A DNA stretch of 35,491 nucleotides from a virus (IMGVR_UViG_3300027704_000067:1-35491); one strand, 5' to 3'; positions 16,456-24,804 are shown, numbered from the stretch's first letter. The notes: generated by a model from the sequence alone, not told the origin. Numbers and translations: made by a program.

Positions 16456-16908
16456 TTATGACGCTACATGCCCGACGGGCGCGTCTGGTTGATCCTGATA
16501 TTTGCCGTCGCCATATGACGCGCGTACAGATAGTTCGTGAAATATGACTTGCGCAATTCCAGCCCCGGCAGGTATCCGCAGCGGTTTCCACCCATGATAA
16601 ACAATTTCAAGCGTTAGCCATCCGCGCCAATCTGGTTCTATGACAGTGTTGAAAACGGACACTTTTCGTCTCGCCCATGTGCTTTTATCATGGACAACTC
16701 CAACAAGGTTTCTTGGCATTTCAAAGCGTTCGATTGAGCTTGCCAGCACAAACCGACGAAGCGGGTGCAGCGTCACAGCTTGCTTAATCCTTATGTCATA
16801 TCCTGCCTCGCTCAAGCCGTGTGAGACGCCGTTTTCCCTCACTTTGACGGCAAGCATTGGTTTCAGCGGCTTTGCGTATAGTAGATACCGGCCATTGCAT
16901 ACGGTCAC
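16456..16908 (-). CDS. dcd: dCTP deaminase / dUTPase superfamily
   Basis: GYDIR, KSTWARR, NTVIEPDWRGWLTLEI, IAQVIF, Y.GKYQDQ; GTGA-coupled start at 16908. Confidence 0.85.
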   Translation of the reverse strand: MTVCNGRYLLYAKPLKPMLAVKVRENGVSHGLSEAGYDIRIKQAVTLHPLRRFVLASSIERFEMPRNLVGVVHDKSTWARRKVSVFNTVIEPDWRGWLTLEIVYHGWKPLRIPAGAGIAQVIFHELSVRASYGDGKYQDQPDAPVGHVAS

Positions 16909-17126
16909 GCCTGCCACCACAATTCGGGCATTCCACCGTCCTTATTTTTAGGATTTAAGCACAGGTCCGAAGTGTCGGACACATTCACCCGCCAGCGCAC
17001 GCCTATGACTGCGTTCTTTGACATGCCAAGCTCCTTACCCGCTTGGGCACAGCTTAGTTTTTCGTTGCCAACCATGTGCAGCGCCATCAAGTCGCGCTCG
17101 TCTTGCTTACGTGTTTGAATCTTCAC
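16905..17126 (-). CDS. GcrA-like N-terminal HTH protein
   Basis: LSCAQAGKELGMSKNAVIG resembles the GcrA consensus LSASQIA.ELG.TRNAVIG. Confidence 0.6.
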   Translation of the reverse strand: MKIQTRKQDERDLMALHMVGNEKLSCAQAGKELGMSKNAVIGVRWRVNVSDTSDLCLNPKNKDGGMPELWWQA

Positions 17127-17356
17127 CTTGCCATCCTTCTTTTTGGTAATGCCCAGACGTTTATGCCGCCTAAAGTTTCGCCCTGCAACTCATTAAAGCG
17201 CGACAGTGCGTGCATCGCCCCACTAAGGTTTGCCACGTGTTCTGGCGTTAGCTTCATGGCAATGTCGTCGCGCGTGCGCCACCTGCCATCGGCCATTATC
17301 TCCATCACGGCGGACCTTGCAGCTTCACGGCGGGCGTCTCGCATGATGCGGTTCAT
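17123..17356 (-). CDS. Hypothetical protein, possible winged HTH
   Basis: 77 aa; IMADGRWRTRDDIA; 4-bp overlaps at both ends. Confidence 0.6.
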   Translation of the reverse strand: MNRIMRDARREAARSAVMEIMADGRWRTRDDIAMKLTPEHVANLSGAMHALSRFNELQGETLGGINVWALPKRRMAR

Positions 17357-17802
17357 CCTTGATCCTCCAAGAATTGCTCTTTATTCAGTGACCACAGCGT
17401 CAAGCCTGCGTCGCTATCTGTGGAACTGACCTTTGCCATGCAGATTCGCCCAGCATCGTAAAGCGATTGGCATATTGCGGCGGCCTGCGTCGGCAAAACC
17501 TGCATCTCTGCGGCCACCTCGTCATTGGTGACATACACGTTGCCAGCGATGTAGTTAAACGCCACCTCTGAGCTACCAGAAGGGGCGTCAGGCTTGATTG
17601 GATCAATGAACGCGGCTTTGTAGGGGGTGTCGCCCACATTGCCCTCGTTCGGCACAAGGACTGCCTGCATTGTTAGCCCTTTTGCCGCCCTAGATGACTT
17701 GGCAACGTGGGCCGGGACGAACACGCCTTCACCCGTCGCGGTGACAAGGCCAAAGGCGGTACTGCTATCAAGCTGGCTTGTGATTACAATTTCAGTTTTC
17801 AT
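17353..17802 (-). CDS. Hypothetical protein, possible OB-fold plus winged HTH
   Basis: TAFG..GEGVFVP cold-shock-like strands and an HTH-like C-terminal half. Confidence 0.6.
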   Translation of the reverse strand: MKTEIVITSQLDSSTAFGLVTATGEGVFVPAHVAKSSRAAKGLTMQAVLVPNEGNVGDTPYKAAFIDPIKPDAPSGSSEVAFNYIAGNVYVTNDEVAAEMQVLPTQAAAICQSLYDAGRICMAKVSSTDSDAGLTLWSLNKEQFLEDQG

Positions 17803-17803
17803 T

Positions 17804-17920
17804 TTAGCATCCAATCGAGGTGCATGGGGTTGGGGTAATTATTCTTGGTTCGTGGGGCGATACTAGCGCAACTCCCCACACGGTTGCAATGACTGTTACC
17901 AATGCGACCCAGCGTATCAT
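17804..17920 (-). CDS. Small membrane protein (38 aa, not in the ORF track)
   Basis: MIRWVALVTVIATVWGVALVSPHEPRIITPTPCTSIGC; ATGA overlap with the upstream gene, and its stop abuts the next ATG. Confidence 0.6.
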   Translation of the reverse strand: MIRWVALVTVIATVWGVALVSPHEPRIITPTPCTSIGC

Positions 17921-18165
17921 GTCAGCCACTCCGGCAAATCTTGGCTGCGGTCGCGGCACCGCTTAATAACGCGGCGGTTTGCGCGTTCGGTTTGCGTTTC
18001 GGCGGTGCCGCGAACCAAGTTGATTAAAAATACCTCCGCAGGGTAGCCATCATCGCGGGACTCTGCGTAAGCATCGACGGCAACAACAAAGGATGCTGTT
18101 GGGTCGCAGGCGTGGGCCAAGCCATCCTCGGTCGAAAAGTATGTCGTGTAAAACGCGTTGGTCAT
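17917..18165 (-). CDS. Hypothetical early protein
   Basis: 82 aa; RBS TAAGGA. Confidence 0.7.
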   Translation of the reverse strand: MTNAFYTTYFSTEDGLAHACDPTASFVVAVDAYAESRDDGYPAEVFLINLVRGTAETQTERANRRVIKRCRDRSQDLPEWLT

Positions 18166-18175
18166 TTTGTTTTCC

Positions 18176-18625
18176 TTAGTTTAATTTTGAAGTGGGTATT
18201 TCGGTGCCGTAACGCGCCTCATATTCGATGCAAGCCTCGGCGGCAAATTTGCACATTTCGACGTCGTGGTCCGTCATGCCATCGGATATTGCCACCGCTA
18301 ATTCTACTGCCCTATCAAATGCATCTTCGGTGGGGGCAGTAACGGCCAGTTTCAGTGCTATAGTTAGGGCTTCGTTCTGCTTCATGCCACGGCCAGTGCA
18401 TTCCGCTTCATAAATATCAACGCCATCTTTGACGTGCGCTACATAGTCGGCAACGCTCATGCAGCTAAGTTGACTTGAGTAAATGCTGGGTATGTATTCC
18501 TCAATGCCGTTTGGTGCGTCATTGCTTGCGGCAAACCAGAAATAGCCGGGTTCCTTTACAATCTCGAAAGGCAAGTTTGCGGCCTTGAGTGATTTGTTGA
18601 TGTTGTTGATTGTGGTGCGTGTCAT
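18176..18625 (-). CDS. Hypothetical early protein (possible fusion of two small genes)
   Basis: ATG 18625 with TAAGGA RBS; first gene after the leftward promoter. Confidence 0.65.
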   Translation of the reverse strand: MTRTTINNINKSLKAANLPFEIVKEPGYFWFAASNDAPNGIEEYIPSIYSSQLSCMSVADYVAHVKDGVDIYEAECTGRGMKQNEALTIALKLAVTAPTEDAFDRAVELAVAISDGMTDHDVEMCKFAAEACIEYEARYGTEIPTSKLN

Positions 18626-18658
18626 TTTGCTTATCCTTAGTTTTGAGTTCTTGCAATC

Positions 18659-18687
18659 CTTATGCGCTTTATCCAATCCGCCGTCAA
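18659..18687 (-). promoter_or_regulatory. Leftward sigma70-type promoter
   Basis: TTGACG-N17-CATAAG on the - strand, upstream of the early operon. Confidence 0.55.
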
Positions 18688-18752
18688 TACCAAAATAATG
18701 CCAAATCAATATTAAATTGGTGCTTTACTAATGCCAAAGCAATGCCTATTGA
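18686..18752 (+). promoter_or_regulatory. Phased AATGCCAAA operator-like repeats and rightward promoter candidate
   Basis: Related 9-mers at 18686, 18697, 18708, 18730 and 18741 (11-bp phase); TTTACT-N17-TATTGA at 18724-18752. Confidence 0.5.
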
Positions 18753-18775
18753 TAATGGGAGAAAAGGAGACGAAC

Positions 18776-18913
18776 GTGAAAAATATACAAATAAAAATGT
18801 CAGAAGCCCAGCATCAAAGCATTAAGCTGGCCGCAGTTAAGGCGGGCTTATCAGTGTCAGCCTACGTGAGGATGATGGCTATAATTGCATCGGCTCGAAG
18901 CGAGGCAGAATAA
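18776..18913 (+). CDS. Ribbon-helix-helix (Arc/CopG-like) DNA-binding protein
   Basis: GTG after AGGAG; KNIQIKMS beta-strand, then AA..AGLSVSAYVR helices. Confidence 0.75.
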   Translation: MKNIQIKMSEAQHQSIKLAAVKAGLSVSAYVRMMAIIASARSEAE

Positions 18914-19384
18914 ATGGTTATCTACGGCATCGACCCCGGCTTTACGGGTGCAATATCAATCTACAGGCCAGAGCTTGAGCTTATGGAAGTTCACGACATG
19001 CCAGTGATGAAGTCAGCAAAGGGCAAGACAATCCTAAACCTGCGCGGCGTGTTGGACCTGCTTGAGCCAGAGGACTTTGGTCACAACATTGCGGTTATTG
19101 AGTCCGTTCATGCAATGCCCCGTCAAGGTGTGACAAGTTCCTTTCGTTTCGGCCAGAATTTCGGGCAGGTGGAGATGGCAATAGCGGCCCACAAGCTGCC
19201 AGTGCATTACGTCACACCGCAAAAATGGAAAGGACATTTCAAGCTATCACGCGACAAAGGCGTGTCACGGTCAGTTGCAATACAGCGGTTCCCGCAGGTC
19301 GCAAATTTATTTTCGAGAGTCATGGACGATGGACGTGCGGAAGCATGTCTAATTGCCCTCTACGGTAAGGAGAAGCTAATATGA
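18914..19384 (+). CDS. RuvC-like Holliday junction resolvase
   Basis: GIDPG..GA, VIE, FRFG..G, P..WK and DGRAEA motifs. Confidence 0.85.
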   Translation: MVIYGIDPGFTGAISIYRPELELMEVHDMPVMKSAKGKTILNLRGVLDLLEPEDFGHNIAVIESVHAMPRQGVTSSFRFGQNFGQVEMAIAAHKLPVHYVTPQKWKGHFKLSRDKGVSRSVAIQRFPQVANLFSRVMDDGRAEACLIALYGKEKLI

Positions 19385-20187
19385 AAACGTCAAAAGAAAT
19401 GTCCAACGCGGAATATCACGCGACAGACGCAATATCATCAAGCGACGTCAAGACGGTCTATGGCAAGTCGCTGGCGCACTGGAAGCATCGGGCGACATTC
19501 AAGCCAACCGTCGCAATGGCAATCGGTACGGCGGTACATGATATGGTGCTGGAGGGCGGCGAGAATGTTATCCGTCACAACGGGCCGGACAGACGCGGCA
19601 AGCAATGGTCTGAGCCGTTTGCAGAGGCAGAGGCGCAAGGTAAGCTGCTAATGACGGCCGCCGACTTTGACCTTGCAGCCGACGTTGCATCCAGCGTGCT
19701 ATTTCACCCAGCAGGCGCAAAGATGGCTGGGGCGGACACAATCAACGAGGCGTCATTTTTCGCCACTGACCCAAAAACAGGAATGGAGATTAAATGCAGA
19801 CCAGATAGCTACGACGAAGAAAAGGGCGTCATTTACGACATCAAAACCTGCCAAGACGCCAGCCCCCGCGCAGTTGAGGCGGATATACGCAAATATAACT
19901 ATGCAATCCAAGCAGCTTTTTATTTGCACGTTTTGAATTGTGGTGAAATGAACGCAAAGCGGTTTATCTTTGTTTTTGTAGAAAAAACAGCGCCGTTCGC
20001 AGTAAATTGCGTGGAGCTATCAGAGGATTATATGAGTTGGGCAAAGATGCAGATGCACAAGTCCCTTGCTGATATAAACGAGGCCAACAAGTCGCAAATA
20101 TGGGACACTGGCTATTCAAAGGGGATTAACACTATTGATCTCCCATCATGGTTGGCGCAAGATGCCAACTCAACCAACGACTTTTAA
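19381..20187 (+). CDS. RecE/ExoVIII-like PD-(D/E)XK exonuclease (DUF3799-like)
   Basis: YHA..AISSS, GTAVH, E.S, KCRPD, DIKT, Y..QAAFY. Confidence 0.85.
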   Translation: MKTSKEMSNAEYHATDAISSSDVKTVYGKSLAHWKHRATFKPTVAMAIGTAVHDMVLEGGENVIRHNGPDRRGKQWSEPFAEAEAQGKLLMTAADFDLAADVASSVLFHPAGAKMAGADTINEASFFATDPKTGMEIKCRPDSYDEEKGVIYDIKTCQDASPRAVEADIRKYNYAIQAAFYLHVLNCGEMNAKRFIFVFVEKTAPFAVNCVELSEDYMSWAKMQMHKSLADINEANKSQIWDTGYSKGINTIDLPSWLAQDANSTNDF

Positions 20188-20199
20188 AGGAATACAACA

Positions 20200-20850
20200 A
20201 TGGCTAAAACAGATTTCAAACCGACAATGATACGCAACGTAGAATTTAATTTTCCACGTTTGGGCGCAACATTCAAATTCAACACAGCGGAAAAACGCAG
20301 CGAGGAATGCAAGCCGCAGGCGAACGGCGCGGCGTACAGTATTTCGTGGAACATGCCAGCGGATGACGCGGCAAAGCTGCTTGTAGAGCTAAAGGCACAC
20401 TATGAAAGCTGCGGACGGACGCAACCGTTTACCAAGATTTTTGGATCAAAGAAAAACGATGACGGCACCGTAAAGTTTTCGGCCAAACGCAACGGGACAA
20501 ATGCAAACGGTGAATTGAACGAAAAGCCGCTCGTCATTGACGGCATGAAACAGCCGCTTGCTGACGTAAATATCTGGGGCGGATCAAAGGGCAATATCAA
20601 GGTAACTGCTTACCCGGTAGCAGACCCAGAAAACAACGGCGGCATTTCGTTATTGATTGACACAGTGCAGGTCGTTCACGCTGTATACGGCGGCAACAAC
20701 CTAGATGACTTTGATGAGTTTACTGACGGCACATCATCGGGCGGCGGCCAGCCAAAGGAGTTGGATGATTTTGCGACCGTTGCTGATCCGTTTGCTGATG
20801 CCACACCAGCAAAACATTCGCACGACCTAGACGACGAAATCCCATTTTAG
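20200..20850 (+). CDS. ssb: Single-stranded DNA-binding protein (T7 gp2.5-like)
   Basis: IWGGSKG..GISLLIDTVQV and an acidic tail ending DDEIPF. Confidence 0.8.
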   Translation: MAKTDFKPTMIRNVEFNFPRLGATFKFNTAEKRSEECKPQANGAAYSISWNMPADDAAKLLVELKAHYESCGRTQPFTKIFGSKKNDDGTVKFSAKRNGTNANGELNEKPLVIDGMKQPLADVNIWGGSKGNIKVTAYPVADPENNGGISLLIDTVQVVHAVYGGNNLDDFDEFTDGTSSGGGQPKELDDFATVADPFADATPAKHSHDLDDEIPF

Positions 20851-20865
20851 ACTAAAACAAAAGAA

Positions 20866-20897
20866 AACGCCCGCAGGATTGGAGTCTTGCGGGCGTT
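20866..20897. terminator. Hairpin between ssb and primase-helicase
   Basis: AACGCCCGCAGGA-ttggag-TCTTGCGGGCGTT flanked by A-rich tracts. Confidence 0.65.
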
Positions 20898-20914
20898 AAA
20901 TACTGTAGAACAAA

Positions 20915-23167
20915 ATGGAAAGAACACCTGCCATGAAACTATCAAAAAACGGCAACATGAGCAAGCAAACAATGCTTTTGGCTCACGGGTCGAGGGACAC
21001 AAACATACATGACGCCAGCCGCACATACCTTGGCATCACGTTAAAAGAAATTGCCGACATGGTAAAAGAGCCGCAAGCCACTGAAAAGGCAGATGCGGCT
21101 TTTGTCATTGCGTCAACGTATCGCAGATTTGACGGTCGCAGCCATGCCACGCAGCGCGAGCTTGGTGAGTATTGGATGCTGGCAATTGATGTGGACGAGG
21201 GCAATGTTGATTGTGATACATTGTGCAGCGCAGTCGATGACCTGACGGATGGCGCGATGGCGCTTACCTATTCTTCGGCAGGCGCGTCAGAAGAAAACAA
21301 AAAATGGCGCGTGCTAATCCCGTTGGCCGAACCGTTGAGCGGTTCAGATTATGCAGATGCTCAACTGGCGCTGTTTGAAATTATGCTGCGTGAATATGGC
21401 ATAACGTGCGACGGATCGTTGGCACGAACGGGCCAGCCCATATTCCTACCGAATATACCGCCAAGCAAGCGCGGCGATGATGGCGAGCCGTTGTTTTACA
21501 AGTCGCACCTGTATCGCGGCGAGGGCATGATGATTGCAAGGTCTGGCGCAATCTGGGCAACGGTAGAGTTTAATCGCAAGAACGCAGAGATTGCAGAGAA
21601 GCGGGCCGAGCTTGATCGCCAGCGCCGCATTGAAAAGCGGGAAGAAAAGCGGGCGTTATATCCAGCCAGTGATGACCCTGTTGACGAGTTTAACTTAAAT
21701 CACACGATTGCGGACCTATTCATTCAGCATGGCTACGAAAAGCAAGGCGGGTCGGACAGCTACAAGTCGCCACTATCAACAACGGGCAGCTTTGCCGCCA
21801 AAGATTTTGGCACGCATTGGGTTTCACTAAGCGGTTCAGACTTGGCGGCGGGCATTGGCATGGCGTCAGGGCATTTTTGCTGGGGCGATGCCTTTGACCT
21901 TTACGTGCATTTTGAACACGGCGGCGACTTTACGCAGGCAGTCAGGGCATACGGCGCGGAATTGCGGCCCAGCACGAACGAAACACGCGACGCTATCGTT
22001 AAAGCAGCAATGCAGCCAGAGCCGTCTGAAAATTTAGATGATTTTGACATCATCCCAGACGTAAAGGCAGGTCCAAGCACAATCATCATCCCGAACGAAG
22101 ATAAGAAGCCAATCTTCTGGGCGCGGGACGCAATGCCAGTTCTGCGGTCGTCTTACCTAATCAAGAACTGGATCGGTCGGGCGCAGATGTCCGTGGTCTA
22201 CGGGCAGTCTAACGTCGGCAAATCTTTCTTCTGCCTCGACATAGCGTTTTGCTTGGCCGCCGGGATTGAGTGGCAGGGCTACAAAGTCCGCAAGTCGCCA
22301 GTGCTATATCTAGCGACAGAGGGCGGCAACGCTTTTCAGAACCGCGTCGTTGCATTGCGCAAAGAATACGGCGTTGATGACGTGCCGCTGGCTGTTCGTC
22401 CATCGCCAGTCGATTTGCTACACCCGGAGGCAGACTTAGCCCAGCTAATTGAGCTTTGCAAAAGCATCGAGGCTGGTTTAGGTGAGCCAATAGGTGTTAT
22501 TATTGTTGATACATTATCAAGGGCGATGGCGGGCGGCGACGAGAATGGTGCAATCGACATGACTGCGTTTATTGCTAACTGTGATGCACTGCGCGAGGCT
22601 ACGGGCGCGCATATTATGATCGTGCACCACAGCGGCAAGAACACGGCAAACGGGGCGCGTGGGCACTCATCGCTGCGCGCGGCCACTGACACAGAGATAG
22701 AGCTTGAGGTCGATGGAGAACTGCGCACAGCGACAGCAACAAAACAGCGTGACCTGGAACCGCAGTCGCCCATTGTATTTACATTGAAGGTTCACACAGT
22801 TGGTGTGGATGAGGATGGCGACGACGTGACAACCTGCACAATCATCGCAGCCGATGAGGACGCAATCAACGACATGAACATCAAGCGACCGACAGGCGCA
22901 AACCAGAAGGTCATTGTTAGCGCGTTCAAGCAGCTACGTGGCGAAGGCGCTGGGCACGGCAACACAGGCGGCGCAGGCTGGCCTGAACCCAACACGTATT
23001 GGGTCATGGACGAGCCAGACCTGCGAAAGTTTGCAATGGGTAAAATGTCGTCGACAAACCCGTCGAGCGCATACGCAACCGCGATCAAGGCGTTACTCGG
23101 CGGCGGATACATGGTGCAGAATGATGGATATATTTGGATAAGTGCAAAAGAAGGGAAAGTTAAATGA
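20915..23167 (+). CDS. Primase-helicase (N-terminal AEP-like primase, C-terminal RepA/AAA_25 SF4 helicase)
   Basis: IDVDEG and KWRVLIPL primase-like motifs; Walker A GQSNVGKS, YLATEG, Walker B IIVDT, HHSGK, RGHS. True start may be 20933 or 20957. Confidence 0.85.
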   Translation: MERTPAMKLSKNGNMSKQTMLLAHGSRDTNIHDASRTYLGITLKEIADMVKEPQATEKADAAFVIASTYRRFDGRSHATQRELGEYWMLAIDVDEGNVDCDTLCSAVDDLTDGAMALTYSSAGASEENKKWRVLIPLAEPLSGSDYADAQLALFEIMLREYGITCDGSLARTGQPIFLPNIPPSKRGDDGEPLFYKSHLYRGEGMMIARSGAIWATVEFNRKNAEIAEKRAELDRQRRIEKREEKRALYPASDDPVDEFNLNHTIADLFIQHGYEKQGGSDSYKSPLSTTGSFAAKDFGTHWVSLSGSDLAAGIGMASGHFCWGDAFDLYVHFEHGGDFTQAVRAYGAELRPSTNETRDAIVKAAMQPEPSENLDDFDIIPDVKAGPSTIIIPNEDKKPIFWARDAMPVLRSSYLIKNWIGRAQMSVVYGQSNVGKSFFCLDIAFCLAAGIEWQGYKVRKSPVLYLATEGGNAFQNRVVALRKEYGVDDVPLAVRPSPVDLLHPEADLAQLIELCKSIEAGLGEPIGVIIVDTLSRAMAGGDENGAIDMTAFIANCDALREATGAHIMIVHHSGKNTANGARGHSSLRAATDTEIELEVDGELRTATATKQRDLEPQSPIVFTLKVHTVGVDEDGDDVTTCTIIAADEDAINDMNIKRPTGANQKVIVSAFKQLRGEGAGHGNTGGAGWPEPNTYWVMDEPDLRKFAMGKMSSTNPSSAYATAIKALLGGGYMVQNDGYIWISAKEGKVK

Positions 23168-23934
23168 CAGAAAAGCTAAAAGTCCTAGACCTGTTCAGCG
23201 GCATAGGCGGGTTTAGCCTTGGCCTTGAGCGCACGGGAGGGTTTGAAACAGTTGCATTTTGCGAGATCGAACCATTCCCGCGCAAAGTATTAAAGAAACA
23301 CTGGCCGGAGGTGCCTTGCTATGAAGACGTTACCAAACTCACAAGCGACATTCTTAGACGAGACGGAATTTCCGTTGATGTCATCACGGGCGGCTTTCCG
23401 TGCCAAGACATTAGCACAGCAGGAAAGCAAGCAGGCATCAGCGAAGGCACCCGCAGCGGCCTATGGTCCGAGATCGTCAGACTTATTAGCGAGCTATCAC
23501 CCCGATACGTCATCGTGGAGAACGTCGCAAACCTGCTTAGTGGCCCTAGCGACAAACGAGGGGGATGGTTTGGCCGAATACTCGGAGACTTGGCCGAGTG
23601 CGGGTATGATGCGGAGTGGCGTGTCGTGCCGGCTTCCTACATTGGTGCATGGCATAGGAGGGGCCGCGTCTGGGTGGTTGCCCACCCCAACAAAAAGCGA
23701 TGCGAAGGGCGCACCCAGAAACCGATGGAGTGGCAGCGAGAAGTCGCACGGCAATCTTTGCGAAGTTTTGAGGGATGGCCCGGACGATCCGATTTACCCG
23801 CATCCCGATTTTGTTCAGCGGATGATGGGATTCCCTGTAGGGTGGCTAGATTAGAGGCGCTAGGAAACGCCGTCGTTCCGCAAATTCCAGAGCTAATTGG
23901 ACGCGCAATATTGGAGGCAAATAGCCCAAAATGA
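23164..23934 (+). CDS. C5 cytosine DNA methyltransferase, alpha chain (no recognisable motif IX)
   Basis: DLFSGIGG (I), GFPCQD (IV), ENV (VI), R.RVW (VIII), LGNAVVP (X). Confidence 0.92.
   Translation: MTEKLKVLDLFSGIGGFSLGLERTGGFETVAFCEIEPFPRKVLKKHWPEVPCYEDVTKLTSDILRRDGISVDVITGGFPCQDISTAGKQAGISEGTRSGLWSEIVRLISELSPRYVIVENVANLLSGPSDKRGGWFGRILGDLAECGYDAEWRVVPASYIGAWHRRGRVWVVAHPNKKRCEGRTQKPMEWQREVARQSLRSFEGWPGRSDLPASRFCSADDGIPCRVARLEALGNAVVPQIPELIGRAILEANSPK
23321..23854 (+). CDS. Overprinted beta chain of the C5 methyltransferase (+1 frame)
   Basis: Open for 177 codons inside the MTase gene; WPSAGM, LPTP and motif-IX-like PDFVQRMMGFPVGW. Start may be 23378. Confidence 0.65.
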   Translation: MKTLPNSQATFLDETEFPLMSSRAAFRAKTLAQQESKQASAKAPAAAYGPRSSDLLASYHPDTSSWRTSQTCLVALATNEGDGLAEYSETWPSAGMMRSGVSCRLPTLVHGIGGAASGWLPTPTKSDAKGAPRNRWSGSEKSHGNLCEVLRDGPDDPIYPHPDFVQRMMGFPVGWLD

Positions 23935-23942
23935 CAAAAACT

Positions 23943-24185
23943 AACCTACATAACCTACATATTTGGCCTAAATTATTCAATGAAAACGCACCAAAACCTA
24001 CATATTTGGCTTTTTTGGGTGTTTTTGAAGGGGTGTTTTCGGCAAGCAACCTACATATTCGTGTATTGTTTAATATCAATGACCTACAGAGGAAATATGT
24101 AAAATATGTAAAATATGTAGGCAAATATGTAGGGTAGTCACCAACCTACATAACCTACATAAACCCTTTAGGGGTTATGTAGGTT
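23943..24185. repeat. Iteron-like AACCTACAT array, putative replication origin
   Basis: Direct copies at 23943, 23952, 23995, 24048, 24143 and 24152; inverted copies near 24115, 24126 and 24177; AAATATGTA x3; palindrome 24152-24185; AT-rich. Confidence 0.8.
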
Positions 24186-24213
24186 AAAGAGTAATCGCGG
24201 GAGAAGATAGAAA

Positions 24214-24804
24214 ATGAAAAAAGCAACAAAGTCAGAGGCCACGAAAAAAGCGATTGCTGAACGTGGGACTTTCAAGGTCGGGTCGAATTCGAGTTACGAC
24301 AAACCTATCGACCGTTCAGTCTTTGCAGCGGTTATGCCCTACGTCCGTGCTAGCAAGGCATCGGTCAGCATCTGGGGAGACACGCTTGTTGGCTTTGTGC
24401 CACCAGCGTTTGCGGTTAGGTACGATCAGCTAAAGAATGACTTGGACGTGGCAATGCGTGGCGAGGATAGCAAGGCGGCAGCGGCGCACGCTACAAGCCT
24501 CTGCAAGGCGCTTGAGGTAATGGACGCCACTGCGAGGGCTAACGGCCACCTGCCGCCCGTCATAGACGGCCACTTAGTGCAATACGGCGAGCAGATATAT
24601 GCTTTCATTGCCAGCGGCGACTTAGCTCAGGTCAGGCGCGGCCATCCAGGGTGGTCCGTCTGGCCGCTGGCCGACATCTGCGCAATCTTGGATCATCGCT
24701 ATAAAGCAATGATGGATGAAGTTGCATGTGCCTTTCCAGACGCACGTATTGTCGGAATACAGACAATGGGTCCAATTGTTGAGGATGACCTTGACGACCT
24801 ATAG
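24214..24804 (+). CDS. Hypothetical protein
   Basis: 196 aa ORF with GGAG upstream and a typical protein composition. Confidence 0.75.
   Translation: MKKATKSEATKKAIAERGTFKVGSNSSYDKPIDRSVFAAVMPYVRASKASVSIWGDTLVGFVPPAFAVRYDQLKNDLDVAMRGEDSKAAAAHATSLCKALEVMDATARANGHLPPVIDGHLVQYGEQIYAFIASGDLAQVRRGHPGWSVWPLADICAILDHRYKAMMDEVACAFPDARIVGIQTMGPIVEDDLDDL

Noticed and set aside
18914-19384. RuvC-like gene as a transposase or TnpB/Cas12
   Set aside because: Only 156 aa with resolvase-type motifs, in a recombination/replication operon, with no IS ends.
23931-24137. 68-aa ORF across the iteron region
   Set aside because: Its sequence (NLHNLH, KYVKYVKYV) simply reflects the DNA repeats. The ATGA overlap means translation cannot be excluded, but I cannot support a protein function.
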